In this document: piece after piece, positions 21,779 through 30,529 of the stretch
Numbering within the stretch: the stretch's first letter is position 1
Layout: every line of letters starts with the position of its first letter
Assembly (NCBI GenBank): GCA_963761305.1
Contig: CAVXGK010000001.1
Span: 960,001-1,024,000 of the forward strand
Direction: 5' to 3'
Length of the DNA stretch: 64,000 bases
DNA from: an uncultured Gemmatimonadaceae bacterium
GTDB lineage: Bacteria > Gemmatimonadota > Gemmatimonadetes > Gemmatimonadales > Gemmatimonadaceae
Notes under the pieces: generated by a model
The model's input: the letters and a program-made list of their open reading frames with translations, nothing else
Told to the model about the DNA's origin: nothing
The model's database searches: none
Program-made: the position numbers and the translations under genes

Positions 21779-21794
21779 CGGCACGGCCCCTGCC
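21779..21794 (+). promoter_or_regulatory. sigma54 -24/-12 promoter candidate for barrel gene 2
   Basis: CGG-CACGGCCCCT-GCC (GG-N10-GC with the GGCACG core). Confidence 0.65.
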
Positions 21795-21804
21795 CTGGAC
21801 TGCG

Positions 21805-21922
21805 GCGGTGCCGCGACGATTTCAGTCGCCCGGAATGTTGACGAGCACTCTCGCTCGAGCACGTTCCGCCCGGGAGCCGTCCCCGTGGGGCGAGTCGAGG
21901 ACGGTGGAGAGGAGGAGACACA
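21805..21922 (+). ncRNA. candidate structured 5' leader, copy 2
   Basis: Stems GCGAC/GTCGC, CGGAATGT/ACGTTCCG, CCGTCC/GGACGG just upstream of the AGGAGG RBS. Confidence 0.55.
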
Positions 21923-22888
21923 ATGTTGAAGGGTCATGCGTTCGTCCTCGCTGCCGGCGCGGCGTTAATTGCGCTCGACGCGTCGGCGTCTCTAGCGCAG
22001 GACACAACTCGCGCTCGTCCGCATTCGACGAAGCGCATCTCGGTGAAGAAGGAAAGCGGCGAAGTCGCGCCGATGCCGAGAGTCGACACGGTGACGATTT
22101 TCCGCACCGACACGATGTCCATCACGCGTATCGATACCGTGACGCAAACGAACACGGTCGTACGCACGGATACGTTGGTGCAGACGATCACCCGGCCGAT
22201 TCCCGCGTCCGGTAACTGGTACGGCGGGTTTGCTGCCGGCGTGGCGGTGCCGGCCGGCGGTCTGCAGAACTTGAACGAAACCGGTGGTACAGGCCAGTTG
22301 CAGTTCGGTTATCAGCCCGTGCACAGCATTTTGGGAGGGCGCATCGACGCCTCGTACTCGCGCTTCCGCCGACCGTTCGGTTTCGCGGATGACAACTTCG
22401 CGGTTGCGACGCCGTTGCTCGGCTTCACGAACGTCTTCACCCGCCAGCCTGACATCTGGAACTTCAACCTCAACCTGAAGGTCCAGGTCCCGGGAGTCGA
22501 AGGCTGGTTCGGTCATGCAGTCACCTTCCAGCCATACCTGATCGGCGGCGGCGGTTTCGCAACCTACGATCACCTGCCGGTCGAGTTCAGCGACGGATCG
22601 TTCCTCATCGTCCGCAATGGATTCGTGCAAACGACGAACGGCATCATCGTCAACGGCCTGAGCGTGGACAATTTCGACACCGGTTGGCACACGAGTTGGG
22701 GTTGGAACGCCGGCGGCGGTTTGGCGTGGCGCTTCGGACACCAGGAGCTGTTCGTGGAGTCACGCGTGCTCGGGTTCAACACGAGCCGCAACGACTTCTT
22801 CAACAACACGAACATCAACGGCATCGACTTGCCCAGCTTCCGGTCGGCACGTCAGGTCCCGATCGTCTTCGGCATGAACTGGTATTAA
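21923..22888 (+). CDS. outer-membrane beta-barrel protein, paralog 2
   Basis: Signal peptide (SLA-QDT), DT[VML] repeats, beta-strands, C-terminal GMNWY; strong RBS. Confidence 0.85.
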   Translation: MLKGHAFVLAAGAALIALDASASLAQDTTRARPHSTKRISVKKESGEVAPMPRVDTVTIFRTDTMSITRIDTVTQTNTVVRTDTLVQTITRPIPASGNWYGGFAAGVAVPAGGLQNLNETGGTGQLQFGYQPVHSILGGRIDASYSRFRRPFGFADDNFAVATPLLGFTNVFTRQPDIWNFNLNLKVQVPGVEGWFGHAVTFQPYLIGGGGFATYDHLPVEFSDGSFLIVRNGFVQTTNGIIVNGLSVDNFDTGWHTSWGWNAGGGLAWRFGHQELFVESRVLGFNTSRNDFFNNTNINGIDLPSFRSARQVPIVFGMNWY

Positions 22889-22926
22889 TGGATCAGGCAG
22901 TAGTAGTCAGTTAGGACAGAACGGTC

Positions 22927-22973
22927 GCGGCAGGCTGGGCGCTTCGGATGGTTCCGGCGCATCAACCTGCCGC
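22927..22973 (+). terminator. stem-loop after barrel gene 2 (no clear U-tract)
   Basis: GCGGCAGG.../...CCTGCCGC; homologous to 24118-24169. Confidence 0.5.
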
Positions 22974-22996
22974 GTCGCTGCCCCTGCCCTGGACTG

Positions 22997-23118
22997 CGAC
23001 GGTGCCGCGACGATTTTGAGTCGCTCGGAATGTGTAGACGAGCACGATCGCTTGAGCACGTTTCGCCCGGAGGCCGTCCGCGGGGGCGAGTTGAGGACGG
23101 TGGAGAGGAGGAGACACA
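22997..23118 (+). ncRNA. candidate structured 5' leader, copy 3
   Basis: Same three stems; substitutions keep pairing as G-U. Confidence 0.55.
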
Positions 23119-24060
23119 ATGTTGAAGGGTCATGCGTTCGTCCTCGCTGCCGGCGCGGCGTTCATTGCGCTCGACGCATCGGCGTCTCTAGCGCAGGACA
23201 CAACTCACGCTCGTCCGCATTCGACGAAGCGCATCTCGGTGAAGAAGGAAAGCGGCGAAGTCGCGCCGATGCCGAGAGTCGACACGGTGACGATTTTCCG
23301 CACCGACACGATGTCCATCACGCGCGTCGACACCGTGACGCAGACGAACACGGTCGTACGCACCGATACGCTGGTGCAGACGATCACCCGGCCGATTCCC
23401 GTGGTCGGCAACTTCTACGGCGGATTCGCCGCCGGCGTCACCGTTCCGTCCGGAGGGCTCGATGTACTGAACGAGACCGGCGGCACGGGCCAGTTGCAGT
23501 TCGGCTGGCAACCCGTCCACAGCATCCTTGGCGCGCGCCTCGACGGGTCGTACTCGCGGTATCGCCGGGCATTCGGCTTCGACGACAACTTTGCCGTCGC
23601 CACGCCGTTGCTCAACTTCACGAACGTCGACACCCGCGAACCGAACATCTGGAACTTCAATCTCGATCTGAAAGTCCAGATCCCGGGTATCGAGAGCGCG
23701 TTCGGTCATGCGGTCACGTTCCAGCCGTACCTCCTGGGCGGCGGCGGGTTCGTCACCTATGATCACCTGCCCCTTCAGACGCGCGACGGGGCGTTCATCG
23801 TAGCTCGCAATGGAATCCTCCAGACGTCGAACGGCGTGATTCTCACCGGCGTCACGGTGGACAATTTCGACACCGGTTGGCACACGGATTGGGGTTGGAA
23901 CGCTGGTGGCGGACTCGCTTGGCGCTTCGCGAACAAGGAGCTCTTTGTCGAGTCGCGCGTGCTCGGCTTCAATGCCCATTCCATCAACAACGTCTTCCCG
24001 AACGTCAGCTTCCGTTCGGCGCGCCAGGTTCCGATCGTCTTCGGTATGAACTTCTATTAA
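23119..24060 (+). CDS. outer-membrane beta-barrel protein, paralog 3
   Basis: N-terminal ~93 aa almost identical to paralog 2; C-terminal GMNFY. Confidence 0.85.
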   Translation: MLKGHAFVLAAGAAFIALDASASLAQDTTHARPHSTKRISVKKESGEVAPMPRVDTVTIFRTDTMSITRVDTVTQTNTVVRTDTLVQTITRPIPVVGNFYGGFAAGVTVPSGGLDVLNETGGTGQLQFGWQPVHSILGARLDGSYSRYRRAFGFDDNFAVATPLLNFTNVDTREPNIWNFNLDLKVQIPGIESAFGHAVTFQPYLLGGGGFVTYDHLPLQTRDGAFIVARNGILQTSNGVILTGVTVDNFDTGWHTDWGWNAGGGLAWRFANKELFVESRVLGFNAHSINNVFPNVSFRSARQVPIVFGMNFY

Positions 24061-24117
24061 TCGATCGCGCGATGAGCGCGAGGTACCGCTAGACCGTGGT
24101 TCGCAGGCACAAATTTC

Positions 24118-24170
24118 GCGGCAGGCTGGGCTGTTCGGTGAAGCACCGACGCATCAGCCTGCCGCGTTTT
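24118..24170 (+). terminator. probable rho-independent terminator
   Basis: GCGGCAGGCTG/CAGCCTGCCGC stem followed by GTTTT. Confidence 0.65.
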
Positions 24171-24276
24171 GCGCTTCAGCGTACGTTACTCATGGAACGG
24201 ATTTGGCATTTTGAACGGTTACCATAGATCGAGCGCTGCGTTTCCCGCGCTGAATTACCGCCGACATCCCACATCC

Positions 24277-25116
24277 ATGAGTAGGATATTGAAGTCTCGA
24301 TGGATCGCCACGCTTCCGGCGGCGATCCTTTTTGTCATTTCGTCTCAAGCCCACGCACAAGGCCGGCATCCACGCTCGGAAGCCGCCAAACGCCTGTGGC
24401 ACCCATCCAAGGACTCGACCGCCGCAATCGACGACTCCGACGACGTCGCGCTTCACTTCGATTCCCGCGCCGACAGCCTGTCGTGGCTGCGCGGCCGCGA
24501 CCTCGCCCATAAATCGTCAGGCCTTCGTCTCGTCGTCTCGCTCCAGGAGCGCCACCTCTGGGCGATCGCCGGACACGACACGCTGCTGAGCGCACCGGTT
24601 GCCGTGGCCAAAGGAACGACCCTCGAGTATGGAAGCCAGAGCTGGCATTTCACTACGCCGCGCGGCGTCCGCACCGTACTCGAGAAAAGCGCCGACCCCG
24701 TCTGGCAGCCGCCCGAGTGGCTCTATGCCGAAACCGCGGTCGAGAACGATCTCAAACTCGCGCATCTGAACTACGGCCAGCGCATCCATCTCTCCGACGG
24801 ACGGCTTCTCACCATCGTCGACGGGTCCGCCGGCATCATCGACACCGACGGCTCGTTCGGCGAGCTGCCGACCGACGAACACATCGTCTTCGGCAACACG
24901 CTCTACATGCCGCCGATGGGCTCGAAGAACCGCAAAGTCGAGGGCGAGCTCGGCAAGTACAAGCTCAGCCTCGGTGACGGGTACCTGTTGCACGGCACGC
25001 CCGACAAGCAATCGATCGGCATGGCGGCAACGCACGGCTGTATCCGCCTGCGCGACGAAGACATCGAGTGGCTGTACGACAACGTCCCGGTTGGGACGAA
25101 GGTGTACATCTTCTGA
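24277..25116 (+). CDS. L,D-transpeptidase (YkuD/ErfK family)
   Basis: VVSLQER, APVAVA, TPRG, YLLHGT...ATHGCIRL, VPVGTKVYI; signal peptide. Confidence 0.92.
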   Translation: MSRILKSRWIATLPAAILFVISSQAHAQGRHPRSEAAKRLWHPSKDSTAAIDDSDDVALHFDSRADSLSWLRGRDLAHKSSGLRLVVSLQERHLWAIAGHDTLLSAPVAVAKGTTLEYGSQSWHFTTPRGVRTVLEKSADPVWQPPEWLYAETAVENDLKLAHLNYGQRIHLSDGRLLTIVDGSAGIIDTDGSFGELPTDEHIVFGNTLYMPPMGSKNRKVEGELGKYKLSLGDGYLLHGTPDKQSIGMAATHGCIRLRDEDIEWLYDNVPVGTKVYIF

Positions 25117-25156
25117 CGGGTGGACCGGTGCACCGGTGAACGGATCACTCGAATGG

Positions 25157-25189
25157 AAAGAGCCCCGCGAATGGCGGGGCTCTTTGTTT
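25157..25189. terminator. bidirectional terminator between convergent genes
   Basis: AAAGAGCCCCGC/GCGGGGCTCTTT. Confidence 0.85.
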
Positions 25190-25317
25190 CTCCTGGCGCT
25201 CTAACTTCAATGCCTCTGTCCGCTCGGCTCCCGCTTCGCTAGCCGGAAGAGTCGGCGGAGGCCGTCAGGAGACCGTCATGAGAGATCTTACTGGACTGCC
25301 ACGGAACGGCTGAGACG

Positions 25318-25836
25318 CTATTGCTTCGCGATCTGGCCGCGGATCTCGCCGCCGCCGTTTTGGGTCGTGTGAACGTTGGCGTACGTGAGGCCGGCGAACA
25401 GAAGCTTCTTGAGCGAATCTCCATTGATCGTGTTCGTGAGCTGTGTCGCGGCGGTCAGCGTCGTAGTCCCGTGTGCCGTGCCGAGGGTCGCCCCGGTCGT
25501 GAACGTTGCACCCGCCAGCGTCCCAAAGTTGAGGATCGGGCTGGCAGTGACGGTCGTCGTCGAGGGGCCGTGGATGTGGCCGAGAGTCACGTTGGACGTG
25601 AGGCCGGTAAAGGTCACGTCGTAGGTGAATACGTTCGTCGACGTGTCGAGCGTCGCAACAAAGGTCCCGCTGCCCGACGAGTTCGTCGGCGGTACCTCGC
25701 CGCTCGGCACCAGCGTCGCCTTGAACGTGACGATCTTCGATGCCGGGGTGGTCGTCGGAGTGTCGTTGCTGCTGCCGCACGCGATGAGAATCGCGGACGT
25801 CGTCAGCGTCAGAACCGCAAGAGTACGCTTCGTCAT
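25318..25836 (-). CDS. CHRD-domain lipoprotein
   Basis: Lipobox LIAC; EVPP, GHIHGP, YANVHTTQNGGGEIRGQI; RBS GGAGGAG. Confidence 0.92.
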   Translation of the reverse strand: MTKRTLAVLTLTTSAILIACGSSNDTPTTTPASKIVTFKATLVPSGEVPPTNSSGSGTFVATLDTSTNVFTYDVTFTGLTSNVTLGHIHGPSTTTVTASPILNFGTLAGATFTTGATLGTAHGTTTLTAATQLTNTINGDSLKKLLFAGLTYANVHTTQNGGGEIRGQIAKQ

Positions 25837-26034
25837 GGTGATGCTCCTCCATTCCTGCTGGTGGATGTGCGGGATACTCGACCACGAGCGTCCTGCCGCG
25901 CCAGCCAGGAATCCCAAGCCGTCAAGCTCGGTTCCTCTCTTTCGAGCATATGCGTCCCCATAACGAACCGGGGCGCGCCGGATTCATCCGCCGCGCCCCG
26001 CTCGCTTCCATTGCCGCGTTGCTGCTCTGTTGTG

Positions 26035-27126
26035 CTATCGCGGTGCGATCAACCGATCTCCGACGGCGATGATCACGAATTCGTCACGACGATTTTGTTT
26101 CCAGCAGTCTTCGTCGTGTCCCTGACACACCGGTCTCTCTTCGCCATTGCTCGCCACGTCGATGCGGCCGGCGTCGATGCCGTGATCGATCAAATACTTC
26201 CGCGTCGCCTGCGCGCGACGCATGCCGAGCGCCAGGTTGTACTCGTCCGACCCACGCTCGTCGGCGTTGCCCTCGATGCGGATGCGCACCGCGGGATTCG
26301 CTCGGAGCACCGGAATCTTGGCGTCGAGAATCGCGCGCTGATCGCCGCGCAGATCCGACTGATCGAAGTCGAAGTACACTGCCGCGAGGAGCGCCTCACG
26401 CGCACGATTCACCGCGTTGACCGAGTCGGTGTTCGGTCCTGTCGGAGCGATACGCGCCGGAGGCGGCGTCGGCTCGGGGCGCGGTGGCGGAGCTTGGCGC
26501 TGCGGCGGCGGCGGCTGCCCTGCGACGGTCGGCGGTGAAGGAGCGCTTGAGTTGCCGAGCAGCCAGCTGAGCCCCGCTCTGATCTGAAGATTCGTCGATC
26601 GCGCCGCGGCGTCATTCACCCCCGACACGGGCGGAAATCCGAATGTGGCAGCCGTCGGATTCTCGACGTACTCCACGATCCCGTCGAGTCTGAGCGCCAG
26701 CGAATTCGTGAAATGCAGTCGAAGGCCGCCGCCGAACGGTGCCGAAAAATCAGAGTGCGATGCGAAGCGCTGCCCACCCGCCCCAGCTTCGAGGATCAAG
26801 TCGTGGGTCTGCCCCGCGAACCCGAACGGGAGGTTGAAGTTGATCTGCCCGTCGAACGTCTGAACCGAGCTCGTTCCACTCGCGCGCGGCGCCTGATTGT
26901 TGAACGACGCCGCTGAGAAGGTCCCCTCGAGCTCGAATCGGCGATTCAGGAAGATTCCGAGGCGTCCGCCGAGTCCGAAACCGTCGTCGGTGTGCCACGC
27001 TTCGTCGGCCCGCGTGAACTGGCCGAACACCCCGACCTCGGTCGTGCCGAATTTTTGGGCGGCGGCCTCGGCCGACGCAATACACACGAGAAGGAAGCTG
27101 GCCACAGCCAAACGCTGCATGCGCAT
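26035..27126 (-). CDS. OmpA-family protein: N-terminal beta-barrel, Pro-rich linker, Pal-like C-terminal domain
   Basis: VYFDFDQS, IEGNADERGSDEYNLALGMRRA, SNGEERP, QNRRDEF. Confidence 0.9.
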   Translation of the reverse strand: MRMQRLAVASFLLVCIASAEAAAQKFGTTEVGVFGQFTRADEAWHTDDGFGLGGRLGIFLNRRFELEGTFSAASFNNQAPRASGTSSVQTFDGQINFNLPFGFAGQTHDLILEAGAGGQRFASHSDFSAPFGGGLRLHFTNSLALRLDGIVEYVENPTAATFGFPPVSGVNDAAARSTNLQIRAGLSWLLGNSSAPSPPTVAGQPPPPQRQAPPPRPEPTPPPARIAPTGPNTDSVNAVNRAREALLAAVYFDFDQSDLRGDQRAILDAKIPVLRANPAVRIRIEGNADERGSDEYNLALGMRRAQATRKYLIDHGIDAGRIDVASNGEERPVCQGHDEDCWKQNRRDEFVIIAVGDRLIAPR

Positions 27127-27391
27127 GCGACGTCCTCTCCGGATTTGAAGTTGGTTCTGCGCCGATACAATCTAAAGCGAACGAGCTCTGCCGGACGGTT
27201 TCCGCTCCGGTTCCGGTGACCCCACCTGATTGATTTGGGCCGCCTCATACCTCGACACACCGACGCACTCAGCGGATATTCCCGCCTCGTCGTTCGTATC
27301 CCGGCTGCACGCAGCGGCCCGACTCAGCCTACCCCACCCCCATCCCCACTCCCAGCCGTTCGTGAGACCCGAGGCGAGGAGCACGGTCCAC

Positions 27392-29116
27392 ATGCCGAAC
27401 AGTCGCGTTCCAATCACTGCGATACTCGCGTTGATCGCGGGCGTCGCCCCATCCATTGCGTCCGCCCAGCTCGCGGCGAATCGCGAGCGCAACGCGCCGA
27501 GCGCGTACGCGATCACCAATGCGAGAATCGTCACCGGTGCCGGCGCCGCGGTGGATCGCGGGACGATCGTCGTGCGCAACGGCGTGATCGTCGCCGTCGG
27601 CGCGAGCGTGCAGGCGCCGGCCGACGCGCGCGTCATCGACGGGAACGGGCTCACCGTCTACCCGGGCATCATCGACGCAAACAGCAGCCTTGCACTCGGC
27701 GGCGGCGCGCCGGACGTCGTGGCCGAGGCGGGACGCGGGGGGCGAGGCGGTGGCCGAGGCACGGCGCCAACGCAGCAGGGCGCGCCCGCCGGCGCGCCGA
27801 ACTCGCTGCACCCGATCGGCCTTCAGCCGGAGCTGACGGCCGTCGACCTGCTTCACGCCGACGAGGATGCACTGGCCGGACCGCACAGCGCCGGGATCAC
27901 GGCCGCGCTCACGGTGTCGGCCACCGGCATCTTTCGCGGCGAGTCGGCGGTGATCAACCTCGCCGGTTCGTCGGCGCAGGCGATGCTCATCAAGGCTCCA
28001 GTGGCCGAGCACATCGGCTTCACGCCGTCGCGCGGGGGCGGGTATCCGAATTCGCTCATGGGCGTGTTCGCCGCGTTGCGGCAGATGCTGCTCGACGCGC
28101 AGCACTACGCTGCCGAGCAGGCCGCGTACGCCAAGAACCCGCACGGCATGCGCCGCCCCGAGCCCGATCCGTCGCTCGACGCGCTTCAGGCCGTGCTCCA
28201 GCGACAGATTCCGGTCGTGATGGAAGCGTCGTCCAAGCGCGAGATCGAACGCGCGTTGGATCTGGCGAAGGAATTCAACTTCCGCCCGATCATCGCCGGC
28301 GGCGAAGAGGCCGACCAGGTCGCGGCGAGGCTCAAGGCCGAAAACGTGCCGGTGCTGCTCTCGCTCAATTTCCCACGCCGGCCGCAGGCGTCGGCCGACG
28401 CGGATCCCGAGCCGCTTCGCACGCTCCGCGCGCGCGTCGATGCGCCGAAACTCGCCTCGAAGCTGCAGGCCGCGGGCGTGAAGTTCGCGTTCGAGGACGG
28501 CGGGCTCGCGACGTGGTCCGACTACCTCGGCAACGCGAGCCGCTCGGTGGAGAGCGGACTCACGGCCGACCAGGCGATTCGCGCGCTCACACTCACGCCG
28601 GCCGAGATTCTCGGCGTCAACGACCGCCTGGGCACGATCGAGGCGGGCAAGGTGGCGAATCTCACCCTGACGCGCGGCGATCTCTTCACCGGCCGCGTGA
28701 CGCAGATCTTCATCGACGGCACACCGATCGAGGCACGCGCACCGGCGGCCGGCGGCGCCGCCTCGCTCGCCAGCGGCACGTGGACGATCACGATCACGAC
28801 CGACGAGGGCGAAAAGCCGGTGACGCTCACGCTCCAGCAGGTCGGCGACCAGCTGCGCGGCACGGTCCAGGGCTCGCTCGGCAGTTCACAGATTTCTAAT
28901 GGGTCGATCGGGGCGGCGGGCGATGTCCAGTTCACCGCGTCGCTCACGATGAGCTCCGGTACGGAGGAAGGGCGGTTCAGCGGCACGATCGACGGCAACC
29001 TGATGCGCGGCACGGTGTCGGTGGTCGGGCATCCGTCGTCGACGTTCGTCGGTTCGAAACCCGACGCCGCGCAGGGCGGCGGACGGCGGGGACGGCCGCC
29101 GGGGGGGGGCAGATGA
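27392..29116 (+). CDS. secreted amidohydrolase-fold protein (no HxH motif) with an extra C-terminal beta domain
   Basis: AITNARIV, VYPGIIDANSS, ALTLTPAEILGVNDRLGTIEAGKVAN; RBS AGGAG. Confidence 0.85.
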   Translation: MPNSRVPITAILALIAGVAPSIASAQLAANRERNAPSAYAITNARIVTGAGAAVDRGTIVVRNGVIVAVGASVQAPADARVIDGNGLTVYPGIIDANSSLALGGGAPDVVAEAGRGGRGGGRGTAPTQQGAPAGAPNSLHPIGLQPELTAVDLLHADEDALAGPHSAGITAALTVSATGIFRGESAVINLAGSSAQAMLIKAPVAEHIGFTPSRGGGYPNSLMGVFAALRQMLLDAQHYAAEQAAYAKNPHGMRRPEPDPSLDALQAVLQRQIPVVMEASSKREIERALDLAKEFNFRPIIAGGEEADQVAARLKAENVPVLLSLNFPRRPQASADADPEPLRTLRARVDAPKLASKLQAAGVKFAFEDGGLATWSDYLGNASRSVESGLTADQAIRALTLTPAEILGVNDRLGTIEAGKVANLTLTRGDLFTGRVTQIFIDGTPIEARAPAAGGAASLASGTWTITITTDEGEKPVTLTLQQVGDQLRGTVQGSLGSSQISNGSIGAAGDVQFTASLTMSSGTEEGRFSGTIDGNLMRGTVSVVGHPSSTFVGSKPDAAQGGGRRGRPPGGGR

Positions 29117-29163
29117 GCGCGCGACACGGCGACCGACCTTCCGGATCATTCTTCGAGACATTC

Positions 29164-30519
29164 ATGTCCAATCTTCCATTCGCCATCTTGCTCGCGGCCG
29201 CGGTATCGGCCGGTGCCCAACAGGCTCCCGCCGCGGCGGCCGCGAAACCGGCAGCGACGCTCATCAAGAACGCGACGGTTCTCACCGTCACCAAAGGGAC
29301 GCTCGAGAACACCGACGTCTTGCTGCAGAACGGCAAGATCGCGCAGATCGGCAAGAACCTCTCGGCGCCGGCCGGCGCGAACGTCATCGACGCGAGCGGC
29401 AAGTACGTGATGCCGGGGATCATCGATCCGCACTCGCACACGATGATCGACGCCGTCAACGAGGGCTCGCTTTCGGTGACGTCGATGGTGCGCATTCGCG
29501 ACGTGCTCAACCCGACCGACGTCAACATCTATCGCCAGCTTGCCGGCGGCGTGACCACGATCAACGTGTTGCACGGCTCGGCGAACACGATCGGCGGACA
29601 GAACGCGGTGGTGAAGCTTAAGTGGGGCCGCGACGCCGATGAAATGCTGTTCCCCGGCGCGATGCCCGGCATCAAGTTCGCGCTCGGCGAAAACGTGACG
29701 CAGAAGAACGGGCAGACGGCGGCCCAGGCCCAGGGTCGCGCGCTGCGGTACCCGGCGACGCGCATGGGTCAGGAAGAGGTGCTCCGCGACGCGTTCACGC
29801 GGGCCCGCGACTACAAGGCGTCGTGGGACGACTACACCGCGAAGGTGAAGGCCGGGGATAAGACCGCGGTCGCGCCGGATCGGGATCTCGAGCTCGAGCC
29901 GCTCGTCGAGGTGCTCGAGGGCAAGCGGTTCGTGCACGCGCACTCGTACCGCGCCGATGAAATGCTCATGCTGATGAACGTCGCCAAGGAGTTCGGCTTC
30001 ACGGTGAAGACGCTCCAGCACGGCTTGGAGGGATACAAGATCGCCTCCGAGATCGCGCAGGCCGGCACGGGACTGTCGACGTTCGCCGACGAGTGGTCGT
30101 ACAAGGTCGAAGCGTACGACGCGATTCCTTACAACACGGCGATTCTCATGCGGCACGGCGTCGTCGCCACGGTGAACTCCGACTCCGACGAGCGCGCGCG
30201 GCGGCTCAACATCGACGCCGCGAAGATGATGCGCTACGGCGGACTCACCGAGGACGAGGCGCTCAAGACGATCACCTACAACGGCGCCGTGCAGCTCGGC
30301 GTGCAGGACAAGGTCGGATCGATCGAGATCGGCAAGGACGCCGACGTGGTGATCTGGTCGGGCGATCCGCTCAGCGTGTACTCGACCGCCGAGACGACGT
30401 TCATCGACGGGGAAATTTTCTTCGACAAGAAGCTGGACGCGGCGATGCGGGATCAGGCGGCCAAGGAGCGCGCAGCGCTCGAGGCGGCCGACCGCGGCCG
30501 CCGTTCCGTGATTCCTTGA
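29164..30519 (+). CDS. secreted metal-dependent amidohydrolase (HxH intact)
   Basis: PGIIDPHSH, KFALGEN, HSYR, QHG, NSD, GSIEIGKDADVVIW; alternative start at 29113. Confidence 0.9.
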   Translation: MSNLPFAILLAAAVSAGAQQAPAAAAAKPAATLIKNATVLTVTKGTLENTDVLLQNGKIAQIGKNLSAPAGANVIDASGKYVMPGIIDPHSHTMIDAVNEGSLSVTSMVRIRDVLNPTDVNIYRQLAGGVTTINVLHGSANTIGGQNAVVKLKWGRDADEMLFPGAMPGIKFALGENVTQKNGQTAAQAQGRALRYPATRMGQEEVLRDAFTRARDYKASWDDYTAKVKAGDKTAVAPDRDLELEPLVEVLEGKRFVHAHSYRADEMLMLMNVAKEFGFTVKTLQHGLEGYKIASEIAQAGTGLSTFADEWSYKVEAYDAIPYNTAILMRHGVVATVNSDSDERARRLNIDAAKMMRYGGLTEDEALKTITYNGAVQLGVQDKVGSIEIGKDADVVIWSGDPLSVYSTAETTFIDGEIFFDKKLDAAMRDQAAKERAALEAADRGRRSVIP

Positions 30520-30529
30520 GGCGACATCC

